From the NCBI GenBank assembly GCA_016188475.1, contig JACPHT010000008.1:150192-214191 (forward strand): 64,000 bases of DNA. Direction: 5' to 3'. This document shows, in pieces, positions 8,757 to 20,674 of this stretch. The translations under genes and the position numbers were made by a program. Source of the DNA: Candidatus Uhrbacteria bacterium. Lineage in GTDB: Bacteria; Patescibacteriota; Patescibacteriia; UBA9934; GWF2-40-263. Under the pieces are notes generated by a model. That model was not told where the DNA came from. It saw nothing but the letters and a program-made list of their open reading frames with translations, and did not search any database. Positions within the stretch are counted from its first letter, which is position 1, and each line of letters starts with the position of its first letter.

Positions 8757-9018
8757 TGTTATTATCAAATATGTCTCTGTTCGCCGACATCCGCAGACTG
8801 CTTGCGTAACCGTTTGGTTTACAACGTCGCCTCACACAGTCGAGGAGTCGAAGAGCTGTGAGAAGCCAACTGCTTGGCTTCGAACCTCTGAGACGGGCTT
8901 TGTCCGATGTTCGACATAGTTGTCGAACAGGACAGCCCCTAAGCCGCCACCACTCACACTGGCTATCATTTTCGACACACGGCGGCGGTCAAGAACAGAG
9001 ATATATTTGATAATAACA
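8757..9018. other. 262-bp structured element bounded by 26-bp inverted repeats (MITE-like or small ncRNA such as 6S)
   Basis: TGTTATTATCAAATATGTCTCTGTTC (8757-8782) vs GAACAGAGATATATTTGATAATAACA (8993-9018), 25/26 complementary; internal hairpins. Confidence 0.65.
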
Positions 9019-9020
9019 AT

Positions 9021-9932
9021 CTGTCCATTCTCGAAGCCCTTCAATGGGCGAACAACAAACTCAAAAAAGCTGGCATTGAGTCTCCAATGCTTGATGCGGA
9101 AGTTATCCTTTCGTATATTTTGGATTTGTCACGCGCTAGATTATTTGCTCACGGAAATGACATTCTAAAACCGCATCAACAAGAACGACTGTTGTCACTC
9201 ATTGAGCGTCGGTGTTCTTTTGAACCTGTCGCATACATAATTGGAGAAAAAGAATTTTATAATAGAAAATTCTTTGTTAATTCGTTCGTTCTTATTCCTC
9301 GCCCAGCAACAGAAACGCTTGTTCAAGAAGCTTTGGATATATCTAAAAATATCAACGACATAGAACACACATTGTTTGCTGACATAGGAACTGGTTCAGG
9401 AGCAATCGCGATCACACTTACATCTGAAACAAAAATTCCAGTTGTTGCGATAGACATAAGCTCTCGCGCACTTTCTGTCGCAAGAACAAACGCAAGAAAT
9501 CATAATGTTGAAGAACTCATTGACTTTAGAGAAGGCGACCTAATGATGCCGGTTGTTGATTTATTTGAATCAATGCGAGCGTCTTCAACACAACAGGTCT
9601 CATCGGTTTTTCCGTTCAAACATCTAATAATCTGCGCAAACTTGCCTTATCTAACCAATAACCAGATGGAGATACTTCAAAAAGACGTACGTTACGAACC
9701 AAAAGACGCACTGCAAGCAGGTCCGGATGGACTTGAGGCATATTGGCGGTTGTTTAAACAAATAAAGAAAATACGTGATTTTTTACCAAGATACATTTAC
9801 ACGCTAATTGAAATTGATCCATCACAATCCACTCGCGCTGTTGAACTTATCTCACATCAATTTCCACATGCAAAAACACAAATCAAAAAAGACCTTCAAG
9901 GTCTTGATCGAATTATTATTAGCGAGATCTAA
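9021..9932 (+). CDS. prmC: Release factor glutamine methyltransferase PrmC/HemK (start uncertain: CTG 9021 or ATG 9087)
   Basis: EPVAYIIGEKEFY, VLIPRPATE, DIGTGSGAIA, ANLPY; in-frame upstream LSILEALQWANNKLKKAGIESP resembles a PrmC N-terminus. Confidence 0.93.
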   Translation: MSILEALQWANNKLKKAGIESPMLDAEVILSYILDLSRARLFAHGNDILKPHQQERLLSLIERRCSFEPVAYIIGEKEFYNRKFFVNSFVLIPRPATETLVQEALDISKNINDIEHTLFADIGTGSGAIAITLTSETKIPVVAIDISSRALSVARTNARNHNVEELIDFREGDLMMPVVDLFESMRASSTQQVSSVFPFKHLIICANLPYLTNNQMEILQKDVRYEPKDALQAGPDGLEAYWRLFKQIKKIRDFLPRYIYTLIEIDPSQSTRAVELISHQFPHAKTQIKKDLQGLDRIIISEI

Positions 9933-10963
9933 TTTTCGATTTTCAAATCCGAATCATCAGCGATCACTTCTATCCATGTTACTCCGGCGTTCAATTCAAA
10001 TTCATTTCCGTCCGTACCATAGAACCTTAGCCTGTTGCTTTCCGATTCTTTTTTCCAAATTCCTTCAAACTGTTTTCCATCGCGAAACAAAAACGCCTTC
10101 CCTTCTCCTATTGTTCGAACACTTCGACGGCCTACTGAATCTAAAATTTCAACATCCGTTACAATTACGACTATGTTATCAGACGCGATTTGTGATCCAT
10201 CTTCCGTAAGATGAACCGACCCGCTTTGTGAACGCAAATACCGGAGTGTTTTTGAATCAAAAATCCATTGTGTCACATAAGAAGGCTTGTCGAACGTAAC
10301 AGATATTTTTTTTACTTCTGGATCACCAGACAAATCCGCGTCTTTGAACTTCCAAATATCGTACAATCTTTTAGGCACGACTCCTGCCTGTTCTTTTGTT
10401 CCAATATACCGCTTCAGCAACTTTGTTGACGTATAAACATTGTGTGGCGCGTAACGATTAAGCGCGCGCCAAAAATATAAATCAAACCAATACTGATTCA
10501 AATCAAAAGTCCCGCCAGAGGAAATTTGATCAAGAGCTGAATCAGAACCTCCAACATGAACATATAGCCCATCAAGTTCGTTGTTCCAATCCAAAAAATA
10601 CGGACGCGCTGAACGAACCGGACCGATCTTATCCACATCTTGATCGTCTGAATAAAACGCAAGAAAACGAGAAATTCCAGCTTCAACTGGCGCTTCAATC
10701 ACAAGAAACGCCTTATCAATACCAGCTTGCGGCCAAGCGTCAATGTGATTATCTATCATTACACCAAAAACTTGTGGCAACTCCATTTGTTCGTAGATAG
10801 GAAATCCAGTTAAAGGATGACGACCTACTGAAACTTTAGACGAGCTATTGCCAGACGGTGTTGATGATGAAACTTTTTCAACAAGCCCAGGCAAACGCGC
10901 CGCAAACAAAAACGCAATCGCGATGGCAATTGCCACGATTGCGTAATATGTTCTTGTATTCAA
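9929..10963 (-). CDS. DUF3048 (YerB-like) membrane-anchored protein
   Basis: HPLTG, VMIDNH..AWPQAGI, EAPVEAGISRF, IGPVRSARPYF, APHNVY; start set to TTG 10963. Confidence 0.85.
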   Translation of the reverse strand: MNTRTYYAIVAIAIAIAFLFAARLPGLVEKVSSSTPSGNSSSKVSVGRHPLTGFPIYEQMELPQVFGVMIDNHIDAWPQAGIDKAFLVIEAPVEAGISRFLAFYSDDQDVDKIGPVRSARPYFLDWNNELDGLYVHVGGSDSALDQISSGGTFDLNQYWFDLYFWRALNRYAPHNVYTSTKLLKRYIGTKEQAGVVPKRLYDIWKFKDADLSGDPEVKKISVTFDKPSYVTQWIFDSKTLRYLRSQSGSVHLTEDGSQIASDNIVVIVTDVEILDSVGRRSVRTIGEGKAFLFRDGKQFEGIWKKESESNRLRFYGTDGNEFELNAGVTWIEVIADDSDLKIEN

Positions 10964-10964
10964 A

Positions 10965-11684
10965 TTAAGCTTTAACTTTTTCATTTGAAGGTTGAGCGGC
11001 CTTTCCTGCCTCTCCAACTTCTCCAGCCTCTCCAGCTTCTTCCTCTTCATCCTTCTTCTTGCCAGCCATTTCCACTGCACTGACATCGACATCAACAGCC
11101 TTGTCAAGTTCCGCCATCTCTTCCTCTGAACGAGGAGCCTCGACTCCAGCGATTGAAAGTGTTGGTTGGTCAAGGATCGTCATGCCTTCTGGAATAACTA
11201 AATCTTTAACGCGAATTGTATCTTCAAAAGTTGCCAAACCAGAAATATCAACAGCTAAACTTCGAACAAGTTTGGCAGGCAGACATCGAACAGTCACATA
11301 ATCTCGTGAAAGAACAAGTGTTCCGCCAAGAGCTTTGACAGCAGGAGATTCCCCAACAACTTCAAGATCAACATCGGCTTCAATTTCCTTGTTCATATCA
11401 ATCGATCGAAAGTCAACGTGAGTAACTTCGTTAAGAAGTGGATCGATTTGAGTGTCCTGAATCAAAACATGGAGAGGTTCGCTTTCTCCTATTGAAAGTT
11501 CAACAATCGAACTTTCTCCAGCTTGACCGTAGGTCTTCAAAAAAGCATTTCGATTGATCGTTATTGATGAAGGCTGAATGCCTGAACCGTACACGACCGC
11601 CGGAATCGCTCCAGAGGCTCGTAATTGTCGAGTCTTTCTTCCAACAAGATTTCTTTGTTGTGCTTGTAAAATATGTTCTGACAT
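10965..11684 (-). CDS. rplY: 50S ribosomal protein L25/Ctc
   Basis: LRASGAIPAVVYG, HVDF, GESPAVKALGG; acidic tail. Confidence 0.95.
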   Translation of the reverse strand: MSEHILQAQQRNLVGRKTRQLRASGAIPAVVYGSGIQPSSITINRNAFLKTYGQAGESSIVELSIGESEPLHVLIQDTQIDPLLNEVTHVDFRSIDMNKEIEADVDLEVVGESPAVKALGGTLVLSRDYVTVRCLPAKLVRSLAVDISGLATFEDTIRVKDLVIPEGMTILDQPTLSIAGVEAPRSEEEMAELDKAVDVDVSAVEMAGKKKDEEEEAGEAGEVGEAGKAAQPSNEKVKA

Positions 11685-11689
11685 ATGTG

Positions 11690-12049
11690 TTATGCGCGCG
11701 CATTGTGCCTTGCCTTGCAAAAAAGGTCAAGTCCACTTATTCCGGCCTCGAGCGAGGTGTGTATTTCGATCACATCATTCACTGTCACACGACGATTTGC
11801 TCGAAATTTCAAAACATCATCAAAAACAAGATCGGTTAAAAGTCCGATTGAGCTTGCCCCAACTTTATTAATAAGAACAAGCGCAAGAACCGAGTGCTTG
11901 CATTTGCTACATTGAACATGGAGCAGACGTGTTTGATCATCTTCATTAAGAGTCTTCGTTTCAGATGGTTTGTATCGAGTTTCACAAACAGGACAAAAAG
12001 AAATGAGTCGAAGTCCTTCATTCCATTGTTCAGAAGATGTTGATGACAT
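11690..12049 (-). CDS. Hypothetical zinc-ribbon protein
   Basis: CPVC...CSKC pairs; fills the gap between rodA and rplY. Confidence 0.75.
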   Translation of the reverse strand: MSSTSSEQWNEGLRLISFCPVCETRYKPSETKTLNEDDQTRLLHVQCSKCKHSVLALVLINKVGASSIGLLTDLVFDDVLKFRANRRVTVNDVIEIHTSLEAGISGLDLFCKARHNARA

Positions 12050-12093
12050 AGTTGTTTTACATTATCACACACGCTTCAGCTTCTTCAACCTCT

Positions 12094-13215
12094 TCAGCTT
12101 CTCTTTTCATGAATAACAATGCTCTGAACGATCCCAAGCAAGATCAAAAATAATGCCGCTGAACTTCCGCCATAACTCACAAGAGGCAAACCAATTCCAG
12201 TAACTGGAAAAAGACCAAGATTCATTCCAATGTTCACAAGTATTTGAAGAAAAAAAGTGCTTGCAATACCAATAACCAAAAAAGCGGAAAAATTATCTCT
12301 TGAAGTTCGAATAATAAAAGCAAATCTCAAAAAAAGCAAAGCAAACGCTCCTAAAACCAAAATAACTCCTAGTAAACCTAATTCTTCTGCTATAACAGCA
12401 AAAATAAAATCATTCTGACTTTCTGGAAGAAATTTCAACTGACTTTGCGATCCAAATCCAAGCCCGCGCCCGAACCAACCACCAGCTCCTATTGCAATTA
12501 TCGCTTGACTTACGTTGTATCCTTGACCAAGAGGATCAAAAGTTGGATTAAAAAAGGTTAGAATACGAGCTTTTTGATATGCGGCAAAAAGAAACTTCCA
12601 TGAAAATAGAAACAATACTGAAAAAATTCCCGTAAGCGATGCAATAAACCTAAAACGCATACCAGCAAACAATGTAAAACAAAACCATATACCTGCCAAA
12701 ATAAGCGCGGAACCAAAGTCTGGCTGGAGTAAAGTCAAAACAATTGGAACAAAAGAAATCAATGCGCTTTCCAGACATTCGCGCAAACCAAATAACGGCC
12801 GTGCCCTTTGACTAAAATAAGAAGCCAGAGAAAGAATTAAAACAAGTTTCATGTATTCGACCGGCTGAACGCTCACAAGATCAAACACAAACCAACCTCG
12901 CGCACCACGAACAGTTGTTCCAAAAAATAAAACAGCGACAAGAATCACTACTCCAAAAATATAAAGTATCAAACTGTAATTACGAAGAAGTTTGTAATTT
13001 GATGTTGCAACAAAAAATGCCAAAATTCCTGCCGCAACAATGGCAAAAAGTTGTTTCTTTATGTTAAAAAGTTCTGCGCCACGCGAAAGATCAACAGAAT
13101 AAATAGCGGCAAGGCCAAACAAAACAAAAACAAAACCCGCAAGTACAATCAACCAATCAGCGCCTCTCAATTTTCTAACTTTAAGACTTATTAGCCGAAA
13201 AATGGACGTTATCAT
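12094..13215 (-). CDS. rodA: SEDS-family peptidoglycan glycosyltransferase RodA/FtsW
   Basis: GARGW, VQPVEYMK, QPDFGSA, LPESQNDFIF, VTGIGLPLVSYGGS. Confidence 0.9.
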   Translation of the reverse strand: MITSIFRLISLKVRKLRGADWLIVLAGFVFVLFGLAAIYSVDLSRGAELFNIKKQLFAIVAAGILAFFVATSNYKLLRNYSLILYIFGVVILVAVLFFGTTVRGARGWFVFDLVSVQPVEYMKLVLILSLASYFSQRARPLFGLRECLESALISFVPIVLTLLQPDFGSALILAGIWFCFTLFAGMRFRFIASLTGIFSVLFLFSWKFLFAAYQKARILTFFNPTFDPLGQGYNVSQAIIAIGAGGWFGRGLGFGSQSQLKFLPESQNDFIFAVIAEELGLLGVILVLGAFALLFLRFAFIIRTSRDNFSAFLVIGIASTFFLQILVNIGMNLGLFPVTGIGLPLVSYGGSSAALFLILLGIVQSIVIHEKRS

Positions 13216-13231
13216 AACCGGATAATCTTAC

Positions 13232-14122
13232 CTAAAATTTTGTGCGAATGTCGATACTCGGCTCACCTTCAATTCGTTGATAAACGTCTGGATTAAAAAG
13301 TTGGATGTCTGGAATCACTTCAACTTCCCCAACCGACGGAAGCGTTCCGAACCAATAAAGAGAAATTTCCTGATGCTCTCCAGATTTAAGTGAAGCAACT
13401 GTTGCGCGACTCACACCAACAACTGATGGCCCGCGTTTAAGCAACACGTAAAAAACAGGATCAAAATAACTAAACGCTGTGTTGTTAAAAACAGCAAACG
13501 TTGTTCCAGATTCTTTTGAAAAAGTGGCGTCGCTAACTTCGATTCGAAGACGATCGTCTTGCCATGTTGTGTAATCAGAAATAATTTTTTTATCAATTCT
13601 GTGCCAAACAATGTCTGTTAGTTTCAGCTCGGCAACTTGCACTGGAATTTGTGAAGTAATGGCAAGAGAAATCACGGGCTTTTCTTGACCGGGAAGCAAA
13701 AATCCTTTTTCCGATACAGTTTCACCGGCATCAAACATGAATTGATAATTGAACTCAACCCACCAATCAGAGTTCGGATTCTCAAGCATCGAATAGAAGT
13801 CATAACGAGTATTCCCTATTGGAAAAACACGTACATCTTCTTGCAAAATAGAATCAGCTGAGTTTGCAATCGTGTATGAGTGTAAATCTTGTTGTCCGTA
13901 CGCGACAATTTGAGCAACTTCCCTGTTTTCGTTATCGTAACTCAATGCAAACGAATCAATCATTGTCCAAACAACAAACAACAATAAAAAGCCATCAAAC
14001 GCAATAAAAATTCCATAGCCTATCTTCCGTAAAAAAACCTGATTCTCAACCCAAAAAACCGAAAGGCGATGAAAACGTTTGAACTCTTTTTCTTCTTCAC
14101 GCAAAAAACTCTGCTCTTCCAT
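13232..14122 (-). CDS. Hypothetical membrane-anchored protein
   Basis: Long ORF with one N-terminal TM segment; start set to MEEQS after extended -10. Confidence 0.75.
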   Translation of the reverse strand: MEEQSFLREEEKEFKRFHRLSVFWVENQVFLRKIGYGIFIAFDGFLLLFVVWTMIDSFALSYDNENREVAQIVAYGQQDLHSYTIANSADSILQEDVRVFPIGNTRYDFYSMLENPNSDWWVEFNYQFMFDAGETVSEKGFLLPGQEKPVISLAITSQIPVQVAELKLTDIVWHRIDKKIISDYTTWQDDRLRIEVSDATFSKESGTTFAVFNNTAFSYFDPVFYVLLKRGPSVVGVSRATVASLKSGEHQEISLYWFGTLPSVGEVEVIPDIQLFNPDVYQRIEGEPSIDIRTKF

Positions 14123-14181
14123 ACGCACAAAGTATATCATGGCTTTGCTCTTCCACGAAGGATGCATTAGTGCTAAGATAG

Positions 14182-16227
<2,046 letters not shown>

Positions 16228-16302
16228 AAAGTTGACAATAAACAACGGCCAGTGTATTGTCTTTTCAGATGGCCGAACAGGCCATTTTAAAAAACCCAAA
16301 AT

Positions 16303-16503
16303 ATGAAGTCTCTAAGACTTTTCCAATATTTTAAAGAGTCAAAAGAAGAGCTCAAAAAGGTCACATGGCCTTCAAGGCAAGAAATCAACAAGTATTCATT
16401 GATTATAATTCTCCTAAGTCTTATAATAGCTGGTTTCTTCGGTGGGCTTGATTGGCTACTTAATCTTGGACTTGAAAAACTCATTGAGATTACAGCAAAA
16501 TAA
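16303..16503 (+). CDS. secE: Preprotein translocase subunit SecE
   Basis: ELKKVTWP plus TM helix, upstream of nusG. Confidence 0.95.
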   Translation: MKSLRLFQYFKESKEELKKVTWPSRQEINKYSLIIILLSLIIAGFFGGLDWLLNLGLEKLIEITAK

Positions 16504-16547
16504 CTCCATTGACTCCAAAACTTCATTGACTACATTGACTCTCCTCT

Positions 16548-17093
16548 ATGGCCAAACAAACCGCCAAACTAGGTCGACGTTGGTACGCTATTCATACTTA
16601 TTCCGGTTATGAAGAAAACGTCGCGGAAAATTTGAAACAGCGTATCGAAACAATGGATATGGAAGAAAAAATTTTCCATGTTCTTGTTCCAAAAGAAAAA
16701 AAAATTAAAATCAAAAACGGTAAACGCAGAACAATAGAGGAAAAGATCTTTCCAGGTTATGTTCTTGTGGAAATGGTAGTAACCGACGACTCGTGGTATG
16801 TCGTGCGTAATACTCCAAGCGTGACTGGATTTATAGGAACAGGAACAACTCCGACTCCGATCGCGCCAGAAGAAATGGAAGCTTTGCAAAAAAGAATGGG
16901 TATCGATGAACCAGAATATAAACTTGATGTTGAAAAAGGCTCGCCTGTTACAATTACAGATGGGCCGTTCAAAGGCCAGGAAGGAAAAGTCTCAGACTTG
17001 GACGAAGAACGAGGAAAAGTCAAAGTTTTGGTGTCATTGTTTGGACGTGAAACCCCTGTTGAGCTCGATTTCTTGCAAATAAAGAAGATTTAA
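16548..17093 (+). CDS. nusG: Transcription factor NusG
   Basis: [23 protein letters not shown] domain, FGRETPVEL. Confidence 0.98.
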   Translation: MAKQTAKLGRRWYAIHTYSGYEENVAENLKQRIETMDMEEKIFHVLVPKEKKIKIKNGKRRTIEEKIFPGYVLVEMVVTDDSWYVVRNTPSVTGFIGTGTTPTPIAPEEMEALQKRMGIDEPEYKLDVEKGSPVTITDGPFKGQEGKVSDLDEERGKVKVLVSLFGRETPVELDFLQIKKI

Positions 17094-17118
17094 GTTAAGG
17101 TTACGCGCGCAAAAATAT

Positions 17119-17541
17119 ATGGCAAAAAAACTCAAAACCCAAATTAAACTCCAAATACCTGGTGGAGCAGCAACTCCTGCGCCACCAGTTGGTCCTGCGC
17201 TTGGTCAACACGGATTACCAATCGGCGAATTTGTCAAAAAATTCAATGACGCAAGCCAAGACCGACGCGGCGAGATCGTTCCGATCATCATCAATGTTTA
17301 TGACGATCGAACGTTTGACTTTATAATGAAAACCGCGCCAGCTTCTGACATGATCAAAAAAGCTGCAAAAATCCAAAAAGGTTCTGGCAAGCCTCTTACT
17401 GATAAAGTTGGTTCAATAACCAAAGCACAGCTCCGTGAGATCGCTGAAAAAAAACTTCCCGATCTCAACACAAAGGATGTTGAACAAGCAATGAAGATTG
17501 TTGCCGGAACAGCTCAACAAATGGGAGTGGAGATAAAGTAA
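17119..17541 (+). CDS. rplK: 50S ribosomal protein L11
   Basis: [15 protein letters not shown]. Confidence 0.98.
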   Translation: MAKKLKTQIKLQIPGGAATPAPPVGPALGQHGLPIGEFVKKFNDASQDRRGEIVPIIINVYDDRTFDFIMKTAPASDMIKKAAKIQKGSGKPLTDKVGSITKAQLREIAEKKLPDLNTKDVEQAMKIVAGTAQQMGVEIK

Positions 17542-17638
17542 AAAAGTTAATAATCACAACTCTTAAAGTCAGAAGTCAAAGTCTTGGAGTCACAAAATGT
17601 ATCACTCCACGACTCAATGACTATATGACTCAAAATAT

Positions 17639-18016
17639 ATGTCCACAAAAGGAGGCTCGGTCATTTTGCGAATTTATTTCGCGCTTGTATCGTTCGTGAC
17701 ACTTATGATGCTCGTTTTTTCAGTGTCAGATTTAATAAACGTTGCTCTTAAAACTTACGTGTTCAAATTTGCTGACGCGCCAGAATACCCGATGTACTGT
17801 GAACCGCAATTCATAAAAGAGAATGTCAAAGAAACGGCTGAAGAAACGGAAGCGCGTTGCGCCCGTAACAAAGAACAAGAGAAACAATCGGCGATCGTAC
17901 GCAAGCAACAGTCTCTTGTGCGTGATATCTCGATGCTGATTGTCAGCCTCCCGTTGTTCTTCATTCATTTCCGAATTGTGCTAAGAGACTGGAAAGAGAT
18001 GAAAAAAGAAGTGTAA
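17639..18016 (+). CDS. Hypothetical two-TM membrane protein inserted between rplK and rplA
   Basis: Two hydrophobic helices around a Cys-containing loop, ending PLFFIHF. Confidence 0.75.
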   Translation: MSTKGGSVILRIYFALVSFVTLMMLVFSVSDLINVALKTYVFKFADAPEYPMYCEPQFIKENVKETAEETEARCARNKEQEKQSAIVRKQQSLVRDISMLIVSLPLFFIHFRIVLRDWKEMKKEV

Positions 18017-18027
18017 AATATAGCATT

Positions 18028-18116
18028 GCCTGAGCCTGTCGAAGGCAGTAAAGATTATAGCCTGAGCCTGTCGAAGGCAGTAAAGATTATAGCCTGAGCC
18101 TGTCGAAGGCAGTAAA
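18028..18116. repeat. 32-bp tandem repeat (2.8 copies) containing the GCCTGAGCCTGTCGAAGGC palindromic unit
   Basis: Unit GCCTGAGCCTGTCGAAGGCAGTAAAGATTATA starts at 18028, 18060, 18092. Confidence 0.9.
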
Positions 18117-18136
18117 AAATACTTTAATTAAAAATA

Positions 18137-18164
18137 GTGGGAGTCTAAAAGACGCCAATACCAC
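18137..18164 (+). promoter_or_regulatory. Probable L1-binding autoregulatory leader
   Basis: GTGG-GAG-TC..GAC-GCCAATA-CCAC immediately before rplA, resembling the L1 rRNA-mimic site. Confidence 0.55.
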
Positions 18165-18172
18165 AAACTAAT

Positions 18173-18853
18173 ATGCCAAGCAAAAGATTACAGGAAGCCA
18201 GAAAGTTAGTTGATAAATCAAAAGTTTATCCTATTGACGAAGCAATTGCGCTCGTTAAAAAAACAGCGACAGCAAAATACGATGAGGCGGTTGAATTGCA
18301 CATTCATCTTGGAATTGATCCGAGCAAATCCGATCAACAAGTTCGCGGAACAATCGCGCTTCCACATGGGGTCGGTAAAACAAAACGTGTTGCCGCGTTT
18401 GTAGAACCTGCAAAAGAAGCAGAAGCAACAAAAGCTGGAGCAGATATAGTCGGCAACGAAGAGTTGATTGAAAAAATTCTGCAAAAAGGTCAAATCGATT
18501 TCGATGTCGCAGTCGCAACTCCAGCCATGATGCCTAAAATTGCAAAGCTCGCTCGTTTGCTCGGTCCGCGTGGACTAATGCCAAACCCGAAAACCGATAC
18601 TGTTGGACCAAACATCACAAAGATGATTCAAGAACAAAAAGCTGGAAAACAAAGTTTTAAAAACGACACAACCGGAAACATTCACCAAATCTTCGGACGC
18701 GCGTCATTCACCGAAGATCAACTTAAAGAAAATTTGAAAGTCTTGTTGGAAGCAATCAAACGTTTAAAACCAGTCTCCTCAAAAGGAATCTTTCTAAAAA
18801 GTTCAACCATTACATCAACAGTAGGTCCTGGAATCAAAATCGAAGTAAATTAA
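18173..18853 (+). CDS. rplA: 50S ribosomal protein L1
   Basis: [24 protein letters not shown]. Confidence 0.98.
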   Translation: MPSKRLQEARKLVDKSKVYPIDEAIALVKKTATAKYDEAVELHIHLGIDPSKSDQQVRGTIALPHGVGKTKRVAAFVEPAKEAEATKAGADIVGNEELIEKILQKGQIDFDVAVATPAMMPKIAKLARLLGPRGLMPNPKTDTVGPNITKMIQEQKAGKQSFKNDTTGNIHQIFGRASFTEDQLKENLKVLLEAIKRLKPVSSKGIFLKSSTITSTVGPGIKIEVN

Positions 18854-18883
18854 GAAAACGGCCTGTTGGCCGCTTTTCTTTTT
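18852..18883 (+). terminator. Intrinsic terminator after rplA
   Basis: AAGAAAA-CGGCC TGTT GGCCG-CTTTTCTTTTT. Confidence 0.65.
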
Positions 18884-18962
18884 CTCTTCTTCCGTATACC
18901 CTATTTCTATCTTTCTTTATTTCCTTACCACTCACCCCCTATCTCCCTTCCATCCTTTCCAT

Positions 18963-19619
18963 ATGTCCGTTCTCACTCGACACGAAATCCTTAAAGCAAT
19001 TTCCTCTGGCGATATTCATTTCACGCCGGAGATTGATAAATTCCAACTGCAACCGCACGCGGTTGATTTGCGGCTTGGATACAAATTTTTAATTCCACGC
19101 AATTGGACAGTTGATGAAAAAGGACGTCGCGCAATCAAAGTCGCGATAGACGACGCGAGCACACATCAGGAACAGTTTGATGAGGTTCAACTTAAAGACG
19201 GACAATATTTTGATCTGCTTCCGAATGAATTTGTAATTGGAACATCACTTGAACGAATCGAAATCAACGCAATGAACCTCATGGCTGTTTTATTTCCTCG
19301 AACTTCAACAAACCGTCGTGGAATTGATCTGTCTCTTTCAGGAATAATTGATACTGGTTACAAAGGCAATCTTATTTTTCCAATGCAAAACGAGGCTGGA
19401 GATCAAGTCATTCGTATTTATCCTGGCGAACGTGTTTGCCAAGTTATTTTTCAAGAATTAAACATGTCTCTAACTCCTGAAGAAGCAAACATGCACGGGA
19501 TAACAGCTTCAAAATATACAGACTCAAATTCACAAAATTTCGTTTTGGATAAAGAAGAAGAACGTCAATTTTTAACATCAGGAAAATTGGAAGAATTGAA
19601 AAAGAAATTTGAGATATAA
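18963..19619 (+). CDS. dcd: dCTP deaminase
   Basis: QLQPHAVDLRLG, RTSTNRRG, IIDTGYKG, IYPGERVCQ (motifs somewhat diverged). Confidence 0.88.
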   Translation: MSVLTRHEILKAISSGDIHFTPEIDKFQLQPHAVDLRLGYKFLIPRNWTVDEKGRRAIKVAIDDASTHQEQFDEVQLKDGQYFDLLPNEFVIGTSLERIEINAMNLMAVLFPRTSTNRRGIDLSLSGIIDTGYKGNLIFPMQNEAGDQVIRIYPGERVCQVIFQELNMSLTPEEANMHGITASKYTDSNSQNFVLDKEEERQFLTSGKLEELKKKFEI

Positions 19620-19642
19620 AAAAACGGAGCGATGAAGATTCA

Positions 19643-20098
19643 TCAAGCTCCGTAAGAACTGGTTTCAAGGTCGAGACATTCGAGTTTTTGTCTGCACAAG
19701 CCGCAAGTTTCGAGGTGCTCGAACGCGCGATCCAGAAATCCAAGATTTTCTGGATTTTCAGACATAGTGACTCTGCACTCACGTTTCTCGTCGTCAAAGA
19801 CGGCTTGAAACTGAAAGTATGGAACATACAAATGGTATGCAAGCGAACAATCCACACAAAGACGACCGTCCCAAACGATCCATTGTTTTCTGCCTTCTAT
19901 ATGATGCATATGACGTGGATCGATCGAAGCCATAATCGGCAAACGTCCTCGATCAGGAACCAACAAAGTGAAACGGATACTGTACAGTTGCGTTCGACAC
20001 TCGAAGTTGTGTATTAGGTCCAAATTCCTAGACTTGAGCCTTATCGGGCATGCCGGGACATTTTCCCAGAACCGAATGTGTTGAGTTGAAAAAGTCAT
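19643..20098 (-). CDS. Hypothetical protein
   Basis: 151-aa ORF with purine-rich RBS, directly downstream of 20114-20566. Confidence 0.6.
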   Translation of the reverse strand: MTFSTQHIRFWENVPACPIRLKSRNLDLIHNFECRTQLYSIRFTLLVPDRGRLPIMASIDPRHMHHIEGRKQWIVWDGRLCVDCSLAYHLYVPYFQFQAVFDDEKRECRVTMSENPENLGFLDRAFEHLETCGLCRQKLECLDLETSSYGA

Positions 20099-20113
20099 CT
20101 ACCTTTCCTCACT

Positions 20114-20566
20114 TTACTCGTCTACTTCGACGAGCCAGCGCCAGTTGTTATTGAATCCGCCTTCTGACAAGTCAAAAAATGGAACGCAGGTCTGTCCACT
20201 GTCAGCCCGAATGCACGGAAACAGGAAATAGCTGTACTGATCCCTCCATGAATCATCAGCGATTCCGACTGTTCCACCGCCATCAGCACTCTGGAACTTT
20301 GTGATCAATACCTCACGCCATTGACCTTCTGGAATTTTGCCGTGTTCTTTTAGAATTGCTACGACCGTACTGAAATGATCGCAACATCCAATTGTAATGA
20401 GCTTGAAACGGCGCGTTTGAACGCCTTTCACGAGTTTGCCTCTGTGTCGCCATTTCTCAAACCCGACTTCCCCGCTCCTATGAACCATTTCTATCGGGTC
20501 GTTATCTGGAGCGCTTCCGTCAAGTGTAAGTTCAAAGACCTCACCAAGAGCTGGAAAACATGCCAT
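20114..20566 (-). CDS. Hypothetical protein (C-terminus NNNWRWLVEV)
   Basis: 150-aa ORF with RBS; C-terminal pattern like the genes at 335 and 37204. Confidence 0.7.
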   Translation of the reverse strand: MACFPALGEVFELTLDGSAPDNDPIEMVHRSGEVGFEKWRHRGKLVKGVQTRRFKLITIGCCDHFSTVVAILKEHGKIPEGQWREVLITKFQSADGGGTVGIADDSWRDQYSYFLFPCIRADSGQTCVPFFDLSEGGFNNNWRWLVEVDE

Positions 20567-20674
20567 GAGTCATTTCCCTTTAACTCACTGCTTGATTGCA
20601 GCTTTCAAAAGACGTTCTTGCCATCTTCTCAAAGCCACGATAAAACCAATAAAAGAAGCCAAAAGATTACTTGA

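Noticed and set aside
8777-9023. Group I intron in prmC (U before the 5' site, terminal G, in-frame MSSILEAL product)
   Set aside because: Boundary nucleotides fit, but I could not build a P1 U-G pair or a convincing P3/P7 core
18028-18116. CRISPR array
   Set aside because: Intervening sequences are identical and only 13 bp; no cas genes; it is a tandem repeat
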